Source: Rhodospirillales bacterium (GTDB lineage Bacteria > Pseudomonadota > Alphaproteobacteria > Acetobacterales > Acetobacteraceae). Taken from it: a DNA stretch of 64,000 nucleotides. The translations under genes were made by a program, and so were the position numbers. Each line of letters opens with the position of its first letter. The stretch's first letter is position 1. Under the pieces are notes generated by a model. It searched no databases. It had not been told where the DNA came from and saw only the letters and a program-made list of their open reading frames with translations. The stretch lies in the NCBI GenBank assembly GCA_031424895.1, contig JANPIH010000119.1, forward strand, positions 38,441 through 102,440. Direction: 5' to 3'. This document shows positions 39,060 to 48,317 of this stretch, piece after piece.

Positions 39060-39453
39060 GTGGCGGCCTGTTGTCGAGTTCGGCCAGCAGTGCTCTGACG
39101 ATTGCGTGCAGGCGCGGCAGATCCTCATGGGCGACCCGTCAAACTGTCGCGTAGTCGATCGCAGCATAGCCATGCACCAGCACGTTGCGCATACCGATCG
39201 CGCCTGCCCGGCCTGGAATGCGCACAGCGAGGGCAGGATCAACGCGGCCCAGTTGGTTCAGTGCCTCGCCAATGACGGCAAGCTCGCGTTCAACGGCCGA
39301 CCGCAGGGTTCGCTCGGCCAGGAATTCGGCCAGTGTTCTGCCGCGCAGGCTGCCAGTGACGGCTTCGGCGCATTCATGCACATCCCAAAGGAACGCGCGT
39401 GCATCACGCTGCATGCACAGACTCGCGAGACGATTCGATTGAAGCGCGGACAT
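39028..39453 (-). pseudogene. HepT (DUF86) toxin gene interrupted by an in-frame TGA at the conserved Trp
   Basis: The ORF 39139..39453 contains the RNxxxHxY motif (MRNVLVHGY) and ends ...IDYATV-TGA. Reading on in the same frame gives RVAHEDLPRLHAIVRALLAEL... to a TGA at 39028-39030, which matches the usual HepT C-terminus (..vW.iv...LP.L). Confidence 0.55.
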
Positions 39454-39715
39454 ATGGATTTCGCACGGCGCCTTCCATCACGAGATCGACCTCTCTCCCC
39501 AGGAGTTCGGCCAACGCAGCGCGAAGGGCCAGGAAATCGTCGAAGGCCGGCGGATGGTGCACCGGGTCGTATTCCACGATGAAGTCGATATCCGACCGCG
39601 CCGGGTCGAAGTCGTCCCCGCGGGCAGCCGAGCCGAACACGTCCAGCCGGCGCACATGGAAGCGGCGGCACAGCACGGCGATGTCGTCGCGCCGGGATGC
39701 GAGGCTGGGGATCAT
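39404..39715 (-). CDS. MNT-type nucleotidyltransferase antitoxin (HepT partner)
   Basis: RLDVFGSAARGDDFDPARSDIDFIV (GSxxRG...DxD minimal nucleotidyltransferase motif). Overlaps the downstream HepT ORF. Confidence 0.8.
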   Translation of the reverse strand: MIPSLASRRDDIAVLCRRFHVRRLDVFGSAARGDDFDPARSDIDFIVEYDPVHHPPAFDDFLALRAALAELLGREVDLVMEGAVRNPYVRASIESSRESVHAA

Positions 39716-39800
39716 CGCCCGGTGCTCCTCGGGACAGGGTGGCCGATGGGCTCACTATAGGCGCGAGGCCCGCGTTCCTCCATGGCGCCGACGGCCCCGT

Positions 39801-40271
39801 TCACCACTCTCCGTTGTTCAGCGCCAGCAGCTCGGCCAGCAGGACGCGGCGGTGGCGGGGGAGCGGGTCCGGCAGCAGGGTGGCTTCGGCGATGCGGTCG
39901 AGGCGGAAATGGCGGAAGTCGCGGCGCAGCTCGCACCAGGCGCTGAGCGTTTGGGCATAGGGCAGCAGCCCGACCGCCACCGGCCAGACCACGCGTTCCG
40001 TGCCGCGCCCCTGCTTGTCGGCATAGACCAGGCGCAGCTTGCGGTTCCCGGTCAGCGCGGTGGCGATCGTGCTCTCGATCGTCTTCGCAGCGCCTGGATG
40101 CGGCTCGGCCTGGGGCTTCGTGCGACGCAGCGCCGCCTCGATGCGCGCGGTGACGGCATCGGCGGCGTCGATCAGCCCCAGCTCCTCCTGCTGTGCCGCG
40201 AGGCGCAGCCCGAGCAGCACGGCATCGATCTCGTCGTTGGCCAGCGTGATCGAGAGCTTGCTGGCGGCCAC
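39801..40271 (-). CDS. WYL-domain protein, apparently a YafY-type regulator lacking its N-terminal HTH
   Basis: LRLVYADKQGRGTERVVWPVAVGLLPYAQTLSAWCELRRDFRHFRLDRI is a typical WYL domain. The reading frame can only start 6 nt after the pgm stop, leaving no room for a wHTH. Confidence 0.6.
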   Translation of the reverse strand: MAASKLSITLANDEIDAVLLGLRLAAQQEELGLIDAADAVTARIEAALRRTKPQAEPHPGAAKTIESTIATALTGNRKLRLVYADKQGRGTERVVWPVAVGLLPYAQTLSAWCELRRDFRHFRLDRIAEATLLPDPLPRHRRVLLAELLALNNGEW

Positions 40272-40276
40272 GGAAC

Positions 40277-41686
40277 TCAGTGCCCGGCGTTGTCGCCCGA
40301 GAAGTCGGGCGCTTCCAGCCCGCTGGCTTCCAACTGTGCCACCAGGGCGGTCTTCAACCGCTCCAGCCCGGCGTCGGTGCTGGCTTCGCAGCGCGCCACC
40401 AGCACCGCCTGGGTGTTGCTGGCGCGCAGCAGCCACCAGCCGTCGGGCGTGTTCACGCGCACGCCGTCGATGTCGCTCATGGTGGCGCCGGATGCGCGCA
40501 GGCGGGCGGCCACCTCGGTGATCACCTCGAACTTGCGGTGGTCGTCGCAGTTGAAGCGCAGTTCGGGGGTGTTAACCACCTGGGGCAGGGCGGTGCGGAT
40601 GGCCGACATCTTCTGCGTGCCGCGCGCCATGATGCCGAGCAGCCGCACGGCGGCGTACAGCGCGTCGTCGAAGCCGTACCAGTGGTCGTTGAAGAAGATG
40701 TGCCCGCTCATCTCGCCAGCCAGCGGGCAGCCGGTTTCGGCCATGCGCGCCTTGATCAGCGAGTGGCCGGTGCGCCACATCTCGGGCGTGCCGCCGGCCT
40801 TCGCGATTTCGTCGAACAGCACCTGGCTGGCCTTCACGTCGGCGATGATCGTGGCGCCGGGGTATTGCTTCAGCACGTCCCGCGCGAGCACCACCAGCAA
40901 CTGGTCGCCGAACATCATCACGCCGGTGTCGTCGACCACGCCGATGCGGTCGGCGTCGCCGTCGAAGGCGATGCCGATGTCGGCGCCCTGGCGCGCGACC
41001 TCGGCGACCAGGGCCTCAAGGTTCTTGGGCACGGTCGGGTCGGGGTGGTGGTTGGGGAATTTTCCATCCACTTCGGCGAACAGGACGGTGTGCTGGCCGG
41101 GGAGTTTCTCCACGAGGCGCAGCAGCACGTCGCCGGCTGCCCCGTTGCCGTTGTCCCACACCACCTTGAGCTTGCAGTCGCCGCCGTCCCAGTCCTTCGC
41201 CACGCGGGCGATGTACTCCTCCGAAATGTCGGTGCTGCGGTCGGAACCGGTGGTTTGCGCCACCACATCGCCGGCGGCGGCCATGGTGCCGATCTGGCGG
41301 ATCTGCTGGCCGAAGAACGGCTTGCCGGCCAGCATCATCTTGAAGCCGTTGTAGTCGGGCGGGTTGTGGCTGCCGGTGAGCATGATGGCGCCGCCGGTCT
41401 TCATCATGGTGGCGGCATAGTACAGCATCGGCGTGGGGCCAAGGCCGATCCGCACCACCTCCATGCCGCTGGCCTTCAGCCCGGCGACAAGCTCGGTTTC
41501 CAGCGCCGGGGAGGACAGGCGGCCATCGTAGCCCACGGCCACCACCGTACCGCCGGCGCGGCTGACGATGCTGCCGAAGCAGCGGCCGATGGCGAACGCG
41601 TCCGTGCCGTGCAGGGTTTTGCCGACGATGCCGCGGATGTCGTACTCGCGCAGCACCGTTGGGTCGAAGTTGTGGGCGAATGCCAT
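40277..41686 (-). CDS. phosphomannomutase/phosphoglucomutase
   Basis: 469 aa with the TGSHNPPDYNGFK phosphoserine loop, the FDGDADR metal loop and GEMSGH. Confidence 0.95.
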   Translation of the reverse strand: MAFAHNFDPTVLREYDIRGIVGKTLHGTDAFAIGRCFGSIVSRAGGTVVAVGYDGRLSSPALETELVAGLKASGMEVVRIGLGPTPMLYYAATMMKTGGAIMLTGSHNPPDYNGFKMMLAGKPFFGQQIRQIGTMAAAGDVVAQTTGSDRSTDISEEYIARVAKDWDGGDCKLKVVWDNGNGAAGDVLLRLVEKLPGQHTVLFAEVDGKFPNHHPDPTVPKNLEALVAEVARQGADIGIAFDGDADRIGVVDDTGVMMFGDQLLVVLARDVLKQYPGATIIADVKASQVLFDEIAKAGGTPEMWRTGHSLIKARMAETGCPLAGEMSGHIFFNDHWYGFDDALYAAVRLLGIMARGTQKMSAIRTALPQVVNTPELRFNCDDHRKFEVITEVAARLRASGATMSDIDGVRVNTPDGWWLLRASNTQAVLVARCEASTDAGLERLKTALVAQLEASGLEAPDFSGDNAGH

Positions 41687-41715
41687 CGTCGGTCGCTCTT
41701 TCCGGAAGGGGTCAA

Positions 41716-41817
41716 GGCAAGGAAGGCCTTCTTTTTGTGAACAAAAAGAAGCAAAAAAACTTTATGACTTAGGAAGAAAAGTTTTTTGGTTCTTTTTTTC
41801 AAAAAAGAACTGCTTAA
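41716..41817. repeat. Family A element, copy A8 (H3+H1), minimal form without the central stem-loop
   Basis: H3 at 41728-41751 and H1 (rc form) at 41789-41810. Only ~37 nt lie between the palindromes. The right end abuts the galU TAA (41818-41820). Confidence 0.85.
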
Positions 41818-42696
41818 TTAGAGACCGGCGCAGTAGGTCTTGAGGAAGCCTTTCACCGCGTCCGCCATCTCGGGGCGCTTGAGGGCGAAGGCGATCTGCG
41901 CCTCCAGGAATCCGATCTTGTCGCCGCAGTCGAAGCGGCGGCCTTCGTAGCGCAGGCCGTGGAACGGCACCTGGCCGATCAGCTTGGCCATGCCGTCGGT
42001 CAGTTGCACCTCGTTGCCCGCGCCGCGTTCCATGCGTGCGAGGTGCTCGATCACCTGCGGCAGCAGCACGTAGCGGCCAATGATCGACAGGTTCGACGGC
42101 GCGTCCTCCGGCTTCGGCTTTTCCACCAGGCCGCGCACCTCGGCCATGCGGCCGTCATCGGCGCCAATGTCCAGGATGCCGTAGCGGTTGGTCTGGTCGC
42201 GCGGCACTTCCGTCACGGCCACCACGCAGCCGCCGGTTTCGTAGTAGGCGTCGGCCAGCTGCTTGGTGCACGGCGTTTCGGACAGCACGAGGTCGTCGGG
42301 CAACAGGATGGCGAAGGGGTCGTCGCCGATGAAGGCGCGCGCGCACCAGATGGCATGGCCAAGGCCCAGCGGCTCCTGCTGGCGGACCGTCACCATGGCG
42401 CCGGGCTCCATCTGCCAGGCGCGCAGCTCGTCCAGTTCCTTCTGCTTGCCGCGGCTGCGCAGGGTGGCCTCCAGCTCGAACGCGATGTCGAAATGCTCGA
42501 CGATGGCGGTCTTGCCGCGGCCGGTGACCAGGCAGAACTGCTCGATCCCCGCCGCGCGGGCTTCCTCGATCGCGTACTGGATCAATGGCTTGTCCACCAC
42601 CGGCAGCATTTCCTTGGCGGTTGCCTTGGTGGCGGGCAGGAAGCGCGTGCCGAGGCCGGCGACGGGAAGCACGGCCTTGCGGAGCGGCTTGATCAC
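41818..42696 (-). CDS. galU: UTP--glucose-1-phosphate uridylyltransferase
   Basis: GTG start after an AAGGAA Shine-Dalgarno. KAVLPVAGLGTRFLPATKATAKEMLPVVDKP signature. Confidence 0.9.
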   Translation of the reverse strand: MIKPLRKAVLPVAGLGTRFLPATKATAKEMLPVVDKPLIQYAIEEARAAGIEQFCLVTGRGKTAIVEHFDIAFELEATLRSRGKQKELDELRAWQMEPGAMVTVRQQEPLGLGHAIWCARAFIGDDPFAILLPDDLVLSETPCTKQLADAYYETGGCVVAVTEVPRDQTNRYGILDIGADDGRMAEVRGLVEKPKPEDAPSNLSIIGRYVLLPQVIEHLARMERGAGNEVQLTDGMAKLIGQVPFHGLRYEGRRFDCGDKIGFLEAQIAFALKRPEMADAVKGFLKTYCAGL

Positions 42697-42854
42697 GGTC
42701 GATTCCTTTTTCGATGCAATTCCGTGGAGTGGATGCCACGCCCTATTGGCGGGATTATGGCACCGGCTCAAGTCCGGGCGGCGGGGCGGCGGCATCGGGG
42801 CCGTGTCACAAGCGCGGCATCGGGGGGCGTGCGTGCGTTTACCGGAACGATGCG

Positions 42855-43187
42855 ATGCTATCGTGCGCCGTGCCGGGTGGCCCGGTGACGCACCCGGGCT
42901 CGGCAAAGGATTGGGGGCCGACGCTGCTGGCGATGGGCTTCCGCGCACATGCCCGCGACGGATACCGGGCCGTGAACGGGCAGTTCAATACGTGCAGCGC
43001 CGAGGCCTACGCGCCGGTGCTGGCCGACATCGTGGTGATGCAGGGGACGAGCGCCTCGGAACATGAGCATATGGCGGGGTTCAACGGCACGGCCTGGGTT
43101 TCGGATTTCGTGCAGCGCGACCTGTGGCCGGGCCCCAGCTACCGCAAGGAGAAGCCCGCCCATGCGATCTATCGCTGGCCTCACTAG
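42855..43187 (+). CDS. small hypothetical protein (weak CHAP/NlpC-P60-like pattern)
   Basis: G/C-biased third positions. ...GQFNTCSAEAY...ADIVVMQGTSASEHEHMAGFNGTAWVSDF... The start is uncertain (42855 or 42933). Confidence 0.4.
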   Translation: MLSCAVPGGPVTHPGSAKDWGPTLLAMGFRAHARDGYRAVNGQFNTCSAEAYAPVLADIVVMQGTSASEHEHMAGFNGTAWVSDFVQRDLWPGPSYRKEKPAHAIYRWPH

Positions 43188-43722
43188 CCTCCTGCTGGCA
43201 CTGCTCGCCTGGAGCGCCGCCGGCGCGCAGAATTTGCCGGACGTGCGCGACCCGTTCTTCGGGGTGCGGATCGCCGCGGCAGAGATGAAGCTGGAGCGGG
43301 CGGAGGCGGCGTTCCTGAAGCATTGCGACATCGGGCGGCCGTCGATCGAGCAGATGTCCTGGGTCTTCGCGGACGTGCGCACGCCGCAAGGGCGGTTCGT
43401 TGCGCTGGGCGGGCTGGCGCGGCGGGTGCGCCATGGGCGGGCGGAACCGTGGATCCAGAACTGGAAAGGCGAACTGGTAGTGGTCGAAGGCACGCGCTGC
43501 ACGCTGGTCGACCCGCCGCGCGAGGCGCTGACCAACCCCGACCACGCCACGGTGCCGCTGTCGGACGAAGCCGTGGCAGGGCTGGCCGCGGATTCCGTCG
43601 CGCGGCTGACTCGGCAATTCGGCTCGCGCACGGCATTGGTTGCAGCCCTGCGGGCGCAAGGCGTGTACCCGACAGCCGGGCCGGAAGCACTGCGCTCGGC
43701 GCTGGAGCGGGCGGTGCCTTAG
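43162..43722 (+). CDS. secreted hypothetical protein
   Basis: MRSIAGLTSLLLALLAWSAAGAQN signal peptide. Overlaps the preceding ORF by 26 nt. Confidence 0.5.
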   Translation: MRSIAGLTSLLLALLAWSAAGAQNLPDVRDPFFGVRIAAAEMKLERAEAAFLKHCDIGRPSIEQMSWVFADVRTPQGRFVALGGLARRVRHGRAEPWIQNWKGELVVVEGTRCTLVDPPREALTNPDHATVPLSDEAVAGLAADSVARLTRQFGSRTALVAALRAQGVYPTAGPEALRSALERAVP

Positions 43723-43727
43723 GCGAA

Positions 43728-43880
43728 GGCAAGGAAGGCTGGGCTCTGCCCAGACCCGCCAGGTCCGGCGCGCGCCTTCGCGCGACGGCCAAGCCCCTGG
43801 ACCTTATCCTTCTAAAGGTAATGGGGATCAAAGGGCCCTCGGCCCTTTGCGGGTCCTGGGAAGAGCCCTGGCCTTGCCTT
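43728..43880. repeat. Family B element, copy B5
   Basis: GGCAAGGAAGGCTGGGCTCTGCCCAGACCCGCC...CGCGCGCCTTCGCGCGACG...CAAAGGGCCCTCGGCCCTTTG...GGGAAGAGCCCTGGCCTTGCC. It lacks the right-hand internal hairpin seen in B2. Confidence 0.85.
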
Positions 43881-43889
43881 TGGCAGCTT

Positions 43890-44306
43890 CTATCCCGACA
43901 GCACATCCCTTGCTTGGTTGATCCTAGCCGCCAGCCAGTCGGACCCGCCGCGGTCGGGGTGGGCGGTGGACATCAGGCGGCGGTGGGCGGCGCGGATGTC
44001 GGCTTGGCTGGCGCCGGGGCGCAGGCCGAGGATTTGGTAGGCTTCCTCGTGCGACATGCCGCCGCGCGGGGGCGGCTGCCAGAAGCGCGGGCGGGGGCCG
44101 GCGCCGGGGTTCATGCGGGCGCGCGTGTTGCGTTCGGCGAGCCAGCTCCACAGCATCGGGCCGAGGAACACCAGGGCGGAGAGCGCGATGGCGCCGCGCC
44201 CGGTGAGGAACAGCATCGCGGCCAGCAGCACGCCGCCGATCGCCGCCGCCCAGATCAGCGCCGACTTGGCCGAGGCCACCTTCGCGCGGCTGAACATGCC
44301 CAGCAC
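43890..44306 (-). CDS. membrane-anchored J-domain protein
   Basis: C-terminal J domain EEAYQILGLRPGASQADIRAAHRRLMSTAHPDRGGS, with hydrophobic segments at the N-terminus. The GTG start lies just downstream of repeat A9. Confidence 0.75.
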   Translation of the reverse strand: MLGMFSRAKVASAKSALIWAAAIGGVLLAAMLFLTGRGAIALSALVFLGPMLWSWLAERNTRARMNPGAGPRPRFWQPPPRGGMSHEEAYQILGLRPGASQADIRAAHRRLMSTAHPDRGGSDWLAARINQARDVLSG

Positions 44307-44365
44307 GGCGAGCAGGGTGGCGAGCGAGGCGAGGCCGAGGAGGAGGGCGATCTTGGGGGGCTGGG

Positions 44366-44606
44366 ATAAGGAAGATTCTTCTTTTTGTGAACAAAAATAA
44401 GCAAAAAAACTTTATCCGCTGGGGTGGGGGCAAATGGATCGGGGGTGCGTGGCGTGGCCGGAAGGAAGCGTCGATTGCTTCGCCAGGGCTCGCAATGACG
44501 GGGTTGGTATGGCGTGTCCCCTCCGGCTCCCCACGCTTCGCAGGGGGAGGCAACAATAAAATGAATGAAGTTTTTTTGCTTCCTTTTGTTCACAAAAAGA
44601 AGGCTC
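44366..44606. repeat. Family A element, copy A9 (H3+H3) with a ~140 nt GC-rich insert in the centre
   Basis: H3 variant CTTCTTTTTGTGAACAAAAATAAG at 44378-44401. H3 (rc) CTTCCTTTTGTTCACAAAAAGAAG at 44579-44602. The right end abuts the maeB TAA (44607-44609). Confidence 0.8.
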
Positions 44607-46898
44607 TTACTTTACCCTATGTGCGTGGGCTTCCACCGCGGCGATGGCACTGACGTTGACGATGCCGCGCGCGGTGACGCTGGGTGTCAGGACATGGATC
44701 GGCTTGCTCATGCCCAGCAGCAGCGGGCCGACCGGCAGCGCGTCGGCGGCGGCTTTCAGCAGGTTGAAGGCGATGTTGGCGGCGTCGAGATTTGGCATGA
44801 TCAGCAGGTTGGCGGTGCCGGTCAGCCGGCTGTCGGGCACGGCGCGGTTGCGGATGGCTTCGACCAGGGCGGCATCGGCCTGCAGCTCGCCGTCCACTTC
44901 CAGGTCCGGCGCACGCGTGCGGATCAGCGCCAGCGCCTCTCGCATCTTGCGGGCCGAGGGCGCGTTGGAGCCGCCGTAGCTGGAGTGGGACAGCAGGGCG
45001 GCCTTGGGCGCGAGGCCGAAGCTGCGCACCCCGTCGGCGGCCAGCAGGGTCATCTCGGCGATCTGCTCCGCCGTGGGGTCGGTGACCACGTAGGTGTCGG
45101 CGATGAACAGCGCGCCGGCGGGCAGGATCAGGCACGACAGCGCGTAGAAGCGGCTGACTTCCGGGCGACGCGGGATGATCGGGACGATGTATTGCATGTG
45201 CCGCCACCAGTCCCCGGTGCCGCCGCAGATGGCGGCATCGGCAAGCCCGGCCTGGAGCAGCATCGCGGCGGCAACCGTCGAGCGGGTGCGCAGGCGCCTG
45301 GCGGCGGCGTCAGGGGGCGCGCCGCGGCGGCCGACCAGGCGCTGGTATTCACCCAGCAGCGGGCCGAACACCGCCTCGTCGCGCGCCGGGTCGACGATGC
45401 GCACACTGTCGTCGAGGTCCATCCGCAGCCCCATCGCGGCCACGCGGGCGGCGATCACGTCGCGGCGGCCGATCAGGATGGGCTCGGCGATGCCGTCGTC
45501 CACCAGCGTCTGCACGGCGCGCAGGGTGCGTTCGTCCTCGCCCTCGGCATAGACGATGCGCGCAAGGTGGGGGCGGGCGGGGTGCGCCTTCGCCGCCTCG
45601 AACACCGGGCGCATCAGCTGGCCGGAGCGGAACACGAAGCGTTCGAGTTCGGCGGTATAGGCGGCGAAGTCGGCGATCGGGCGGCGCGCGACGCCGCTGG
45701 CCATCGCGGCACGGGCGACCGCGGGGGCGATCTGGAGAATGAGGCGCGGGTCGAACGGCTTGGGGATGATGTAGTCGCGCCCGAACACCGGCGCCGCCCC
45801 GCCATAGGCGGCTGCGACCACCTCGCTGGCCTCGATGCGCGCCAGCACGGCGATCGCTTCCACGGCGGCGAGCTTCATCGCCTCGTTGATCTCCCTCGCC
45901 CCGCAATCCAGCGCGCCGCGGAAGATGAACGGGAAGCACAGCACGTTGTTGACCTGGTTGGCATAGTCGCTGCGCCCGGTGGCCACGATCGCGTCGGGGC
46001 GGACATGGCGCACCGCCTCTGGCAGGATTTCCGGCTCGGGATTGGCCAGGGCCAGGATCAGCGGGTTGGGGGCGAGCTTGTGCAGCCACTCGGCCTTGAG
46101 CACGCGCGGTGCCGACAGGCCCATGAAGATGTCCGCGCCATCGAGCACCTGATCGAGCGTGCGCGCATCGGTGCGCCGCGCGTAGGGGCGCATGCGGTCG
46201 TCCAGCCCGTCGCGGTCGGCGTGGACCACGCCCTTGATGTCCGTCAGCGTCACGTGGTCGGCCTTCAGGCCCATCGCCACCAGCAGGTCGACGCAGGCCA
46301 GCGCCGCGGCCCCCGCGCCGGAGGTGACCAGCTTCACCTCCGCGAGGGTCTTGCCCTGGACCAGCAGCGCGTTGCGCACCGCGGCGGCCACCGTGATGGC
46401 GGTGCAGTGCTGGTCGTCGTGGAACACCGGGATGCCCATGCGCCCGCGCAGCTTCTCCTCGATGTAGAAGCACTCCGGCGCCTTGATGTCTTCCAGGTTG
46501 ATGGCGCCGAAGGTGGGCTCCAGGGCTGCGACCACGTCGCAGAAGCGGTCGGGGTCCTGCTCGTCCACCTCGATGTCGAACACGTCGATGCCGGCGAACT
46601 TCTTGAACAATACGGCCTTGCCCTCCATCACCGGCTTGCTGGCCAGCGCCCCGATGTTGCCCAGGCCCAGCACGGCGGTGCCGTTGGAGATGACGGCGAC
46701 CAGGTTGGCGCGCGCGGTGTACAGATAGGCGTCGTCGGGGTTCTCCACGATCGCCTCGCAGGCAGCGGCCACGCCCGGCGAATAGGCCAGCGCCAGGTCG
46801 CGCTGCGTTGCCATCCGCTTGGTCGCCTCGATCGCCAGCTTCCCCGGGCGCGGAAGGCGGTGATAGTCCAGCGCTGCGCGGCGGAAGTCGTCGTCCAT
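44607..46898 (-). CDS. maeB: NADP-dependent malic enzyme (malic enzyme + phosphate-acetyltransferase-like domain)
   Basis: Starts [27 protein letters not shown]... ~763 aa and colinear with MaeB. ORF 44607..47081 was trimmed because its 5' part is repeat A10 sequence. Confidence 0.9.
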   Translation of the reverse strand: MDDDFRRAALDYHRLPRPGKLAIEATKRMATQRDLALAYSPGVAAACEAIVENPDDAYLYTARANLVAVISNGTAVLGLGNIGALASKPVMEGKAVLFKKFAGIDVFDIEVDEQDPDRFCDVVAALEPTFGAINLEDIKAPECFYIEEKLRGRMGIPVFHDDQHCTAITVAAAVRNALLVQGKTLAEVKLVTSGAGAAALACVDLLVAMGLKADHVTLTDIKGVVHADRDGLDDRMRPYARRTDARTLDQVLDGADIFMGLSAPRVLKAEWLHKLAPNPLILALANPEPEILPEAVRHVRPDAIVATGRSDYANQVNNVLCFPFIFRGALDCGAREINEAMKLAAVEAIAVLARIEASEVVAAAYGGAAPVFGRDYIIPKPFDPRLILQIAPAVARAAMASGVARRPIADFAAYTAELERFVFRSGQLMRPVFEAAKAHPARPHLARIVYAEGEDERTLRAVQTLVDDGIAEPILIGRRDVIAARVAAMGLRMDLDDSVRIVDPARDEAVFGPLLGEYQRLVGRRGAPPDAAARRLRTRSTVAAAMLLQAGLADAAICGGTGDWWRHMQYIVPIIPRRPEVSRFYALSCLILPAGALFIADTYVVTDPTAEQIAEMTLLAADGVRSFGLAPKAALLSHSSYGGSNAPSARKMREALALIRTRAPDLEVDGELQADAALVEAIRNRAVPDSRLTGTANLLIMPNLDAANIAFNLLKAAADALPVGPLLLGMSKPIHVLTPSVTARGIVNVSAIAAVEAHAHRVK

Positions 46899-47035
46899 GA
46901 ACGGGTCCTGAGCTTGCGCCGACAATTGGTGCGGCTTCCCCTGTATGGCACGCCGCCGAAGCCTGCGCGACTTGCAGTGCGGGCGGGGCGGGGCAAGAAT
47001 GTGGAGCGCCTGAACGGCGTTGCGGAGGAAGAGGG

Positions 47036-47178
47036 AGGGAAGTATGTTCTTTTTTGGAAAAAAGAACCAAAAAACTTTCATTCCATGGCACTGCGCCCGA
47101 TCTGTTGAATACCGTTCTAATGGATAAAAAGTCTTTTTGCTTCTTTTTATTCAGAAAAAGAAGATTCTTGCTTTCTTG
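47036..47178. repeat. Family A element, copy A10 (H1+H2), in a divergent promoter region
   Basis: H1 variant GTTCTTTTTTGGAAAAAAGAAC at 47046-47067. H2 variant CTTCTTTTTATTCAGAAAAAGAAG at 47140-47163. Confidence 0.9.
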
Positions 47179-47192
47179 AAGGAGCCCACACG

Positions 47193-48317
47193 ATGCTGCA
47201 ACCGCCCCCCGCCCGCCCCGGCATGCGCGAGGACGAGGTCGATACGCCCGCGTTGATCATTGATCTCGATGCCTTCGAGTACAACCTCGACACCATGGCC
47301 CGCGCGTTGGAGGGCACCAAGGTGAAGCTGCGCGCCCACGCCAAGACGCACAAGTCGCCGATCGTGGCGTTGCAGCAGATCCGCCGCGGCGCCGTGGGGC
47401 AATGCGTGCAGAAGGTGGCCGAGGCGGAGGCGTTGGCCTGGGGTGGCGTGACCGACATCCTGATCAGCAACGAGGTGGTGGGTGCGAGCAAGCTCGCCCG
47501 TGCCGCCGCACTGGCGCGCATCGCCCGCATCTCGATCTGTGCCGACGACCCCGCGCATGTGGCCGCCATCTCGGCCGCGGCGCGCGATGCGGGCGTGGTG
47601 CTGAACGTGCTGGTGGAGATCAACGTCGGTGGCAACCGCTGCGGCGTGGAGCCGGGCTCGCCGGCGGTGGCGCTGGCGCGGATGATCGCCGACGACCCGC
47701 ACCTTACCTTCGGCGGCCTGCAGGCCTATCACGGCCGCGCGCAGCATTTCCGCACCATCGCCGAACGCCGCACCGCCATCGCCGAGACCGTGGCCGATAC
47801 GCGGCGCACCGTGGAGATGCTGGCGCAGCAAGGCCTGCCCTGCCCGATCGTCGGCGGCGCCGGAACCGGCACCTTCGAGATCGAGGCCGCGTCCGGCGTG
47901 TTCACCGAACTCCAGGCCGGCAGCTACTGCTTCATGGACGTCGACTACGCCCGAAACCTCGACGAAGGGGGCGGATTCGTCAGCCAGTTCCGCCACTCGC
48001 TGTTCGTGCTCGGCACGGTGATGAGCGCACCACGCCCAGGCATCGCAGTGACGGACGTGGGCCACAAAGCCATCGCCATCGAATCCGGCATGCCCGGCGT
48101 GTGGCAGCAACCGGCGATGAAGTTCGTCAGCGCGTCTGACGAACACGGCAAGATCGAGTTCCCGCCCGAGATGCGCGGCCCCGGGATCGGCGCCAAGCTG
48201 CGCCTGGTGCCGAGCCACTGCGACCCGACGGTGGACCGGCACGACTGGTACGTGGGCGTGCGCGGCGGGCGGGTGGAATGCCTGTGGCCCGTCGCCGCAC
48301 GTGGCGGGGCGTACTGA
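47193..48317 (+). CDS. D-threonine aldolase / DSD1-like PLP enzyme (alanine-racemase N-terminal fold)
   Basis: 374 aa. LRAHAKTHK PLP-lysine motif. C-terminal ...PSHCDPTV... Confidence 0.8.
   Translation: MLQPPPARPGMREDEVDTPALIIDLDAFEYNLDTMARALEGTKVKLRAHAKTHKSPIVALQQIRRGAVGQCVQKVAEAEALAWGGVTDILISNEVVGASKLARAAALARIARISICADDPAHVAAISAAARDAGVVLNVLVEINVGGNRCGVEPGSPAVALARMIADDPHLTFGGLQAYHGRAQHFRTIAERRTAIAETVADTRRTVEMLAQQGLPCPIVGGAGTGTFEIEAASGVFTELQAGSYCFMDVDYARNLDEGGGFVSQFRHSLFVLGTVMSAPRPGIAVTDVGHKAIAIESGMPGVWQQPAMKFVSASDEHGKIEFPPEMRGPGIGAKLRLVPSHCDPTVDRHDWYVGVRGGRVECLWPVAARGGAY

Noticed and set aside
42858-43631. 257-aa minus-strand ORF
   Set aside because: It is antisense to two plus-strand ORFs that show better codon bias and a signal peptide. 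It is Ser/Arg/Ala-rich with no motif.
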